Shown piece by piece: positions 1 through 7,534 of a stretch of DNA of 53,196 bases. Under the pieces are notes generated by a model. It saw only the letters and a list, made by a program, of their open reading frames with translations. It was not told the DNA's origin and searched no databases. Source of the stretch: a virus (Duplodnaviria > Caudoviricetes); IMG/VR virus record IMGVR_UViG_3300042558_001779, positions 1 to 53,196 of that record. One strand, given 5' to 3'. The position numbers and the translations under genes were made by a program. Positions within the stretch are counted from its first letter, which is position 1; every line of letters starts with the position of its first letter.

Positions 1-1
1 C

Positions 2-73
2 ACAATTTCACAAATCGGTTCCTCATACGCTGGAAAAGACCTCACAGTTGCTTTCACAGTAACCGAAGGCTAA
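2..73 (+). CDS. 3' end of an upstream gene (partial, ...TISQIGSSYAGKDLTVAFTVTEG*)
   Basis: Open frame from base 2 to TAA at 71-73, followed directly by a terminator. Confidence 0.6.
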   Translation, partial: TISQIGSSYAGKDLTVAFTVTEG

Positions 74-96
74 ATCCAAAGCCTTAAAACTTGATT

Positions 97-126
97 AGAG
101 CGCCTCCTTCGGGGGGCGCTTTTTTC
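97..126 (+). terminator. Rho-independent terminator
   Basis: GAGCGCCTCC-TTCG-GGGGGCGCTT hairpin with a C(UUCG)G loop, followed by a T-tract. Confidence 0.9.
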
Positions 127-142
127 ATGCAATAATGTATGT

Positions 143-442
143 ATGAGCCAGTACAACAACCCCGAGTATTTATTTGATGGCATTAGCATCGTCCGCGCAG
201 ATAGACAGCCATGTCCAGTGTGTGGACATCCAACTGGTGACTGCGCAACAAAAAACTCAGAACCGCATCATGTTATTGGTATGGGAATTTTTAAGACAAT
301 CGACCAAAAACTTACATTTACCGTAGAGGAAAATGTTTATGAAGAACGCCAAATAAACCCTTTCTATAAAGCAAAGGTCATCCTTGCCCGCAAAGGACAA
401 AAAATATCTGTGGATAAAGCACGAGAATTAGGTCTTCTCTAA
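143..442 (+). CDS. Small hypothetical protein with Cys/His motif (CPVCGHPTGDC)
   Basis: 99 aa ORF with a possible Zn-binding motif. Confidence 0.75.
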   Translation: MSQYNNPEYLFDGISIVRADRQPCPVCGHPTGDCATKNSEPHHVIGMGIFKTIDQKLTFTVEENVYEERQINPFYKAKVILARKGQKISVDKARELGLL

Positions 443-516
443 ACACTTTCTGTATTCACCTCTTGTGTATGATGGTTGTTCCTACAACTTGAGTACCTAA
501 ATAAAAGGGGAATACA

Positions 517-2442
517 ATGCCAATCCTAGAACAGTCATTTGTTGATTCATACAAGACAAAGACACCTCCGTGGGGCTTTGGTGGACTCGGAGAGATTGTT
601 TATCTCCGCACCTATAGCCGTCCAGTGGAAGGTTTAAACCGTAATGAAACATGGGTTGAAACAATCCAGCGCGTCATTGAAGGCGCAGTTGAAATCGGTG
701 TTCCGTACACCAAACAGCAAGCAGAACTTTTGTTTGACCATATGTTTTATTTGCGTTGTTCAATGTCTGGACGCGCACTGTGGCAACTTGGAACCCCGCT
801 CGTAAAGCAGTTCAATGGAACATCGCTTAATAACTGCTACTTCACAAACATTGAAACAGTTGAAGACTTCGAACTTTTGTTTGATTACCTCATGCTCGGT
901 GGCGGTGTTGGATTCTCCGTTGAGCGTTCAAAAATTCATGACCTTCCAAAAGTCAAGGCTGGTGTTTCAATCACTCATGAGCGCTCAAATGATGCAGACA
1001 TCATTGTTCCAGACTCCCGTCAAGGCTGGCGCAGACTGTTGCATTCAGTTCTCAAGTCATACTTTGAAACAGGCAAGTCATTCACATACTCAACAATTTT
1101 GATTCGCGAGTTCGGTGCAAAGTTGAAAACATTTGGGGGAACAGCCTCTGGTCCTGGCGCACTAATTGACGGTATTGAAGATATTTGTAAGGTTCTTGAT
1201 AACCGTGCAGGAAAGAAACTTCGTTCAATCGATGTTTTGGACATCTGCAACATTATTGGGCGCATTGTTGTCTCTGGTTCGTCACGACGCTCAGCACAAA
1301 TTGCAATCGGTGACCCTGACGATGTTCTTTTCCTTCGTGCAAAGAACTGGGGCGGTGGCAATATCCCAGCATGGCGTGCAAACTCAAACAACAGTATCTA
1401 TGCCGACTACTACGACCATATTCTTCCAGAACTTTGGAAGGGTTATAACGGCTCGGGAGAACCATACGGTTTGTTGAATCGTCGTCTTGCACGCAAGTTT
1501 GGACGCACAGGCGAACATCGTCCTGACCCAACAATCGAAGGCTTCAACCCATGTGCTGAAATTGCACTTGGTGACGGAGAGTCTTGCAACCTTGCAACAT
1601 TGTTCCTTCCAAATATTGAATCATATGAACAGTTCCTCGAAGTGTCTGAACTTTTGTACATCACACAGAAGCAAATTACACGCATGGATTACCCATATGA
1701 AAAGACGACAAACATTGTTCGCAAGAACTCCCGTCTTGGACAGTCAATCACTGGAATTCTTCAAGCAACAGAAGAGCAGGTTTCATGGCTCAAGCCAGCA
1801 TATGAGGCTCTTGATATCCTTGATAAGGAATACTCGGCAAAGAACAATATTCCAGTATCTGTACGCCTCACAACCGTTCAACCATCTGGAACGCTCTCTC
1901 TGCTTCCTGGCGTAACCCCAGGCATTCACCCAGCGTTCGCTCGTTTTTATACGCGCCGTGTCCGTTTCAACGCCGCTGACCCACTTGTAGATGCATGCCG
2001 TAAGCGTGGATACAAGATTCAATGGGAAGTCGGTCTTGATGGTCGTGAAGACCACACAAAGTATGTAGTTGAATTCCCATGTAAGTCACCAGACAATTCA
2101 GTTCTTGCAAAAGACATGACTGCTGTTGAGCAACTTGAATGGGTAGCAACAATGCAACGAGACTGGGCAGACAACGCAGTTTCTGTAACTGTGTACTACC
2201 GCAAGGAAGAACTTGACCAAATCCGTGAATGGCTTTCACAGCATTACGACACAAGCATCAAGTCAGTATCTTTCCTTCTTCATGCAGACCACAACTTCCC
2301 GCTTCCTCCATACGAGGAAATCACGGAAGAGGAATACAACAAGACAATCGCAAAGATTGACTTGACTATCCCAATGCAGTCAGTTGGAACAGACACAATC
2401 GACCTTGATGATTGCGCAACAGGAGCCTGCCCTGTAAAGTAA
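517..2442 (+). CDS. nrdJ: Class II (adenosylcobalamin-dependent, monomeric RTPR-like) ribonucleotide reductase
   Basis: YLRTYSR, LNNC, GGGVG, RRSAQI, catalytic NPCAEI, ESCNL, VQPSGTLS, C-terminal CATGACPVK redox pair; no beta-subunit gene nearby. Confidence 0.93.
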   Translation: MPILEQSFVDSYKTKTPPWGFGGLGEIVYLRTYSRPVEGLNRNETWVETIQRVIEGAVEIGVPYTKQQAELLFDHMFYLRCSMSGRALWQLGTPLVKQFNGTSLNNCYFTNIETVEDFELLFDYLMLGGGVGFSVERSKIHDLPKVKAGVSITHERSNDADIIVPDSRQGWRRLLHSVLKSYFETGKSFTYSTILIREFGAKLKTFGGTASGPGALIDGIEDICKVLDNRAGKKLRSIDVLDICNIIGRIVVSGSSRRSAQIAIGDPDDVLFLRAKNWGGGNIPAWRANSNNSIYADYYDHILPELWKGYNGSGEPYGLLNRRLARKFGRTGEHRPDPTIEGFNPCAEIALGDGESCNLATLFLPNIESYEQFLEVSELLYITQKQITRMDYPYEKTTNIVRKNSRLGQSITGILQATEEQVSWLKPAYEALDILDKEYSAKNNIPVSVRLTTVQPSGTLSLLPGVTPGIHPAFARFYTRRVRFNAADPLVDACRKRGYKIQWEVGLDGREDHTKYVVEFPCKSPDNSVLAKDMTAVEQLEWVATMQRDWADNAVSVTVYYRKEELDQIREWLSQHYDTSIKSVSFLLHADHNFPLPPYEEITEEEYNKTIAKIDLTIPMQSVGTDTIDLDDCATGACPVK

Positions 2443-2446
2443 GGGT

Positions 2447-2809
2447 ATGTCCCTATCTTATCTTGGCGCTCTTGGAGCAATAGATACTCTGCGGTCCGCG
2501 GGTGGCGAAGTTGCTGCTCGCGGATTTGCACATCTAATGCCATGCGACCCTTATTCTGGCAATATCAACGCTGTAGGTGCTTTGGCCCTTGCATGTGGTG
2601 CTAAAGATAAAGAATTGAAGGCATGGTCAGGAGACCTAGAATTTGTTCCAATTCCAGATATTAAACATGGAATCTTTATGGAACTTCTTGGCTTCGTTGA
2701 ATCGATTATTGACGAAGATATTGATGTTTGGTGTGAGGAAGCAACTCAGGAAGAGTGCATCAAGTTGTTTGAACGCTCAGCAACCCGTATTGAGATAGCG
2801 GTTATCTAA
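2447..2809 (+). CDS. Hypothetical protein
   Basis: 120 aa ORF starting just after the nrdJ stop; its stop overlaps that of the convergent gene. Confidence 0.7.
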   Translation: MSLSYLGALGAIDTLRSAGGEVAARGFAHLMPCDPYSGNINAVGALALACGAKDKELKAWSGDLEFVPIPDIKHGIFMELLGFVESIIDEDIDVWCEEATQEECIKLFERSATRIEIAVI

Positions 2810-3015
2810 CTCGCTAAAGCACATGTGGCTGAACAGTAGAACTTTTCTGCCTTCATACGAACCATTCCACGAACTGTACGCTTCCCGCATTTTCCGCATA
2901 CACATGCCGCGTCTTTTGAGCCATAGAAAAGGATTAGTGAACCGTGAGTGGCAGGGTCTTGGACTGTTTGCTTGCTTTGTCCTGCCATTGGCTTTGCTGG
3001 TTTTTTGCTTGCCAT
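2806..3015 (-). CDS. Small Zn-ribbon/TRASH-like protein, last gene of the head operon
   Basis: CGKCG...FYCSATC motif; abuts the upstream gene. Confidence 0.7.
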   Translation of the reverse strand: MASKKPAKPMAGQSKQTVQDPATHGSLILFYGSKDAACVCGKCGKRTVRGMVRMKAEKFYCSATCALAS

Positions 3016-3016
3016 G

Positions 3017-4084
3017 TCAGCCTTCTTTCAAAAGGTCTTTGCGGATAATCCACAACTTACAGATTGCTTCTGGTTCAATTTCTCCAGTGACAACTTCACA
3101 GCGTCCACCACCTTGGAAGAATGAACAGTTAATGCACTTCATACCATCTTTACCGAAGGGGTTTTCTTCTGCGTAGTGTGCTCCGTCTGGACCAGTGTCT
3201 TGTGACCACTTGCCCATCTTCTTTGCAATCAGTTCATAGAACTCGTACATGATGCGTTGGCGCGGTTCAAGTTCTGCGTCTTCATCTTTCATAATTCGCA
3301 AATTGTTAGGGATTGAACTGTGCATGTGTTCATTGTTCATGTTCATCATATTTTCTTCTTCTGCATAACCTGACTTGCCTCTACTGTAAGGCATTATCGC
3401 TTCATCTCGATTTCTATCAAGCGGAGCGTTCGGTATTGGTCTTGCGGGTATATCTCTTCCCTGCAGTGGGGCGTTCGGTATCGGCCTTATAGGGGTATTT
3501 CTTCCCTTAGGTTTTTTGGGCAGATACTGTGCAGCCTGGTCCTTGTGTAAATTTTCTGCGTAGACATCTGCATCTTCGATACTGGAAAACTTTCCGAGAT
3601 GTTCTCCAGTCCTTTGATAGTGCCGCCATGCTTCTCTATCGCTAACAATCTTTCCAGTACCATCTGGATTCCTAATAACAGTAGGAATCAAAACTGTTTC
3701 TTTTCCTTCAGTCATGCTAATTGAACGAACAGTGCTGATTGAGCCGTCGCTGTTCTTGACTATAGGACGATTGTTGAGGTTGATGTTACCTTTTACCACC
3801 TGTCCCTTGGGCTGATTTTTTGGTTTTGGCGGACCAACTCCGTCTCCAGGTACTGGGCGTTCATCCCTGTTTTGGTCTCTTGACGGAGCAGGTACTGGGC
3901 GTTCATCTCGTTTTTTCTTTTTAACTGGCTTCTCGTCTTCTGTGCCATCATTTATAACACCGTCGCCATCTCTGTCAACGCCATCCCTTCGCTGTTCTGA
4001 TTGAGAAGTGCCGCCGATTGTGGCTCCTAGTGCTTTCTCGTCAGTTACGAATTCAATTTTTTTGGGAATTGTATTGCCGCTCAT
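3017..4084 (-). CDS. Modular head-associated protein with C-terminal HiPIP-like Cys4 domain
   Basis: DRDGDG motif, internal repeats, a GNINLNNRP...STVRS domain, and C-terminal KCINCSFF...RCEVV.GEI...ICKLW. Confidence 0.75.
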   Translation of the reverse strand: MSGNTIPKKIEFVTDEKALGATIGGTSQSEQRRDGVDRDGDGVINDGTEDEKPVKKKKRDERPVPAPSRDQNRDERPVPGDGVGPPKPKNQPKGQVVKGNINLNNRPIVKNSDGSISTVRSISMTEGKETVLIPTVIRNPDGTGKIVSDREAWRHYQRTGEHLGKFSSIEDADVYAENLHKDQAAQYLPKKPKGRNTPIRPIPNAPLQGRDIPARPIPNAPLDRNRDEAIMPYSRGKSGYAEEENMMNMNNEHMHSSIPNNLRIMKDEDAELEPRQRIMYEFYELIAKKMGKWSQDTGPDGAHYAEENPFGKDGMKCINCSFFQGGGRCEVVTGEIEPEAICKLWIIRKDLLKEG

Positions 4085-4089
4085 ATTTT

Positions 4090-4461
4090 TTAGTCCTGTG
4101 TCTTTTTGTATTTTTCAAGAAGTGAGCGACCTTTAGCCGCAAGTTTTGCTGCGTCTTCTGCTGTTTCTGGTACTGGTTCGCCCCATGCTGCTGCGGAAAG
4201 AGCCAAACGAGTTGGTCTTCCTTTTTCGTCTTTCAGGGGCCCACTGAGGTTTGTGAAAAACCTTGTCAAGAAAGAACCTTTGCGCCGCATCTTGTCTGGC
4301 GTATCTGCTGCTCCTCGTACACCAGGCTTCAGGTTTGAACCTTCTGTACGGTTGAAGTAAGCACGACCTGCAGCAGTTAAGCCACCTTTGGGGTCTTTGA
4401 GTGGTTTGTCCGCTTTTGCTTCAATAAAAACCACAAATGGAATGATGCTGTCTTCGTTCAT
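4090..4461 (-). CDS. Conserved phage protein (DUF6321-like)
   Basis: KDPKGGLTAAGR...NLKPGV...RRKGSFL motif. Confidence 0.7.
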   Translation of the reverse strand: MNEDSIIPFVVFIEAKADKPLKDPKGGLTAAGRAYFNRTEGSNLKPGVRGAADTPDKMRRKGSFLTRFFTNLSGPLKDEKGRPTRLALSAAAWGEPVPETAEDAAKLAAKGRSLLEKYKKTQD

Positions 4462-4507
4462 AATAAGTCTCTCTTGGATATAGATATTTTACGCTATATA
4501 AGCCCGT

Positions 4508-4546
4508 AAATAGAAGAACCCCCCGCCATTTCTGACGAGGGGTTCT
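4508..4546 (-). terminator. Rho-independent terminator downstream of the major capsid gene
   Basis: Minus strand AGAACCCCTCGTCA-GAAA-TGGCGGGGGGTTCT-TCTATTT. Confidence 0.8.
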
Positions 4547-4573
4547 CCAGTGCCTAAGGTAGGCGGATTGTTA

Positions 4574-5869
4574 TCAGGCAGGTGCGTTGTCGAAGGTAAC
4601 TGCGACGAAAGCCTCTGGACGCTTGACTGCAAGAGCGAGACGCTGCTCAGCAAGTACAACGATTGCGTTGCGGACGAAGAAGTCTGCGTGCTGTTCGCTG
4701 ATACGGATGCTTGCTTGCTCACGGTCATACAACTGTGCGCCTGTACCGAATGCTCCGACGAGAGCGGTGCCCTCGGTCATTGCTGGGGTATCGACGACAG
4801 GGATTCTCCACAAGCGTGGCTCGCCACCAAGTGCGACAGAGACAGCAACGAGGTACTGACCATTGTCGTCCTTTGACAATTCAATGTCTTCCCAATCATT
4901 AGGGTGCAACACGATGCCTGTTGGCTCGTAGTAAGCGAGGAACGAAAGGGTTGCTGCACGACGAAGTGCGTCAGCCTTGTTGTCCTTCGTTACACCGTCT
5001 GACCAGTTGTAGGTCTGTGGGTCTGAGTTCATGATGCCTGTGAGGTTTTCGCCAACACCATTACCGTTGAGGATTTGCTCATCTTCTTGCAAACGAAGAC
5101 CGTAAAGGAGTTCGTTGTCAATGATTGAACGCAACTGTGGCTCGTCGGCAAGCACATTGCGGTGTGCTGCTTCCCAGTGAGCGAGTGTGCGAACAGGAGC
5201 CTGCTCACCAACGAAGGTGAAGCCTGACTGTGGCTTCGCAGCAAATGCTGAACCGTCGCGCTCTGCGACTGAACCTGCATTGTTGGTGAAACCAGTCATG
5301 CGGAAGTACTCAACCACTGCGGCAGTCGTGGTGCGGCTTGGGAACAAGTCACGAACACGACGGGTACGCATTGGAGGAACAACGATTGGGTCGCGCTGGA
5401 TTGAACCAAACGAGCCAGGTGTACCTGATGGCATTGAGGAGAAAACATCCTTGGTTCCCCAAAGACCAGTGACATCGCCACGGTTCAATTGGAAAGGTGA
5501 AGGCATGTTTGCGCCGTTCTTGCCGCCTTGAAGGGACTTGAACTCAGGTGAGTCAAGGAACATTGCACCAAGCGACTTCGCTTGTGGCTGTTGTGTCCAT
5601 TGACCTTGAGCAGCAGCAGCAGATGCTACTGAATCGCTTGCAGGACGGTCGCCCCACTGCTCAACATCGCGCATTCCTTCAATACCCTCGATGAGGCTCT
5701 TGATTTCGCGGATGTCACGCATGTTGTTATCGAATGCTGACTTTTGTTCAGCACCAACGATGACGGTGCCATCTTCGATTTTGAATGAGTCTGCAATTGT
5801 TTTGTTGTCCGCCATCTTGGCACGCAAGGCACCTTGTAGTTCGCGGAGACGGGATTCGTCGAATGACAT
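4574..5869 (-). CDS. HK97-fold major capsid protein with N-terminal delta (scaffold) domain
   Basis: VRTLAHW, EQILNGNG.GENLTGI, LWRIPVV, FVRNAIVVLAEQRLALAVKRPEAF; strong AAGGAG RBS. Confidence 0.96.
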   Translation of the reverse strand: MSFDESRLRELQGALRAKMADNKTIADSFKIEDGTVIVGAEQKSAFDNNMRDIREIKSLIEGIEGMRDVEQWGDRPASDSVASAAAAQGQWTQQPQAKSLGAMFLDSPEFKSLQGGKNGANMPSPFQLNRGDVTGLWGTKDVFSSMPSGTPGSFGSIQRDPIVVPPMRTRRVRDLFPSRTTTAAVVEYFRMTGFTNNAGSVAERDGSAFAAKPQSGFTFVGEQAPVRTLAHWEAAHRNVLADEPQLRSIIDNELLYGLRLQEDEQILNGNGVGENLTGIMNSDPQTYNWSDGVTKDNKADALRRAATLSFLAYYEPTGIVLHPNDWEDIELSKDDNGQYLVAVSVALGGEPRLWRIPVVDTPAMTEGTALVGAFGTGAQLYDREQASIRISEQHADFFVRNAIVVLAEQRLALAVKRPEAFVAVTFDNAPA

Positions 5870-5950
5870 TGTTCACTCCTTAGTGAAAGTAATTTTGTTT
5901 TGCCAGACTAACGGCTCAGGTAAGCACCCACCCATAAGGTCTTATAAACG

Positions 5951-5984
5951 AGAATAACACCGTAGAGTATCTACGGTATGTAAC
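5951..5984 (-). promoter_or_regulatory. Putative late promoter of the capsid gene (GTTAC-N23-TATTCT) containing an inverted repeat
   Basis: TGn-TATTCT extended -10; ACCGTAGA-GTA-TCTACGGT at 5959-5977. Confidence 0.5.
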
Positions 5985-5994
5985 TATGTGTATT

Positions 5995-7245
5995 TTATTG
6001 AAGTTTTTCTTGACTGTCATCTTCTAAGGGAATGATGACATAACGCGTCTTTTTCCCTTTTGCATCAACCGTTTGGTCAATAGGTTCTGCAAGGTATTCA
6101 TCTCCGTCAATAAACAGCGATTTGCTACCTAATCCACGCTTTTTCCAAGGGTGTCCTTTAGGAAGAAGGTCGTTGTCTGTTACATAAGAAGCCTTAGCGC
6201 TTCCAGACATAAGCAGTCTCAGGAAGGCGTTTACTCTTCCCATTGCCCACTGGTTGCGGGTCATTCCTGGTCTGTGGCTGACACTGAATGCTCCAGCACC
6301 ACGGCGGTATACAGCCTTGAGTGCGCGAAGGTTGGTCTTTGACCATTCATTCTTGTCATTTTTCTTTACAGAAGCGTTATGTTCTCTTACCTTTGAAGAA
6401 AGAGTACGAACGATTGTTTCATCCATAGCAATAGAACCAGCAGAGCCAACAGAACCAGCAGAGCCAATACGGTTATTTCTAGAACCAATAACGCGGTCTT
6501 TCTTAGGTGCTGGAGTTTTAGCCAAAGACTTTTCTTCACAGCCACAATCCTCTTTTTTCTTTTGCTTCTTTGGGCGACCATCAGGACGAATATTCATCAC
6601 TCTGTTGTAATCAGGGGTCGCAGTACATGGAAGATAAACTCTTTTCCCATCACTTGCTGTGTAGGAGCGAATACCAATACATCCAAGTTGACGCGCACGA
6701 ACACGAGCAGAATCTGGGTTTGTGTAAACATCGGGGTCTGTTGAACGGCTTACATAATTAACAAAACCTTTTGCATCAATCGGCGTGATGTCTTCGTTTT
6801 TTCCAGAAACAAGAGAGCCGTCAGGGAGAGTGTCGATTGAAATGATTCCACCTTCGTTAAGTGGCTCCCAATCGCTCTTAGAAGGCTTTATCATCCCAGT
6901 GTTTTCTGGTCTGCCGTTATTCTTTGGCATACAGGCGGCATACATCGTTCCACCATTAATTCTGACTACACGAACTCTTGCGCAACCATTCCTTTTAGAG
7001 GCAGCAAGTGCTTGCTCTCTGGTCGGGTATAAGGATTTACTAATAGATGCGTGCCTAGCGGTTTTGCTTTCAATTAGTGAAATCTTTTCACCTTTTTTTG
7101 CTGGCAGTTTTTCACCACGAGAGACAGCAATAAATGTCTCTTCATCTTTGCATGGCAGCCAAGAGCCGTCCTCTGCCTGGTGTGCGCCATAGCATCCAAG
7201 GCGTTGAGCAATCTTCAAAGCCTGTTCCCGTGTTGATTTCATCAC
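5995..7245 (-). CDS. Head-associated protein with three DUF3721-like Cys repeats and a C-terminal DUF5824-like domain
   Basis: Three A..LGC.G.......Y/W.PC-type repeats; LKAVYRRGAGAF..SHRPGMTRNQWAMGRVNAF. Confidence 0.75.
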   Translation of the reverse strand: MMKSTREQALKIAQRLGCYGAHQAEDGSWLPCKDEETFIAVSRGEKLPAKKGEKISLIESKTARHASISKSLYPTREQALAASKRNGCARVRVVRINGGTMYAACMPKNNGRPENTGMIKPSKSDWEPLNEGGIISIDTLPDGSLVSGKNEDITPIDAKGFVNYVSRSTDPDVYTNPDSARVRARQLGCIGIRSYTASDGKRVYLPCTATPDYNRVMNIRPDGRPKKQKKKEDCGCEEKSLAKTPAPKKDRVIGSRNNRIGSAGSVGSAGSIAMDETIVRTLSSKVREHNASVKKNDKNEWSKTNLRALKAVYRRGAGAFSVSHRPGMTRNQWAMGRVNAFLRLLMSGSAKASYVTDNDLLPKGHPWKKRGLGSKSLFIDGDEYLAEPIDQTVDAKGKKTRYVIIPLEDDSQEKLQ

Positions 7246-7532
7246 TTCTTGTCTTTAACGATTTTAATTTTTGAAGGAACGCCAGGCTTTTTGCCTTCTT
7301 TTTCATCAACATTTTGAAAATCGATGTTGTTGTTTGCAACATCTTTGAAGACACTGTCTAACTCTTTACGGTTTTCTTTTTTTGAAAAATACCAAACAAG
7401 AGAGTGAAGCGTTTCTTCATCGCCGTCAGAAAGACTTTCAGAAACGATAGTTATCTTTCTGCGGACATCAACACCCAACTTAAAGTACTGCTCTTTAATG
7501 AATGAGATATTTCCCTCGGTCAACTTAGACAT
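7242..7532 (-). CDS. Small hypothetical protein downstream of the GNAT effector (candidate partner/immunity)
   Basis: 96 aa, tightly coupled to both neighbours. Confidence 0.7.
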   Translation of the reverse strand: MSKLTEGNISFIKEQYFKLGVDVRRKITIVSESLSDGDEETLHSLVWYFSKKENRKELDSVFKDVANNNIDFQNVDEKEGKKPGVPSKIKIVKDKK

Positions 7533-7534
7533 AT

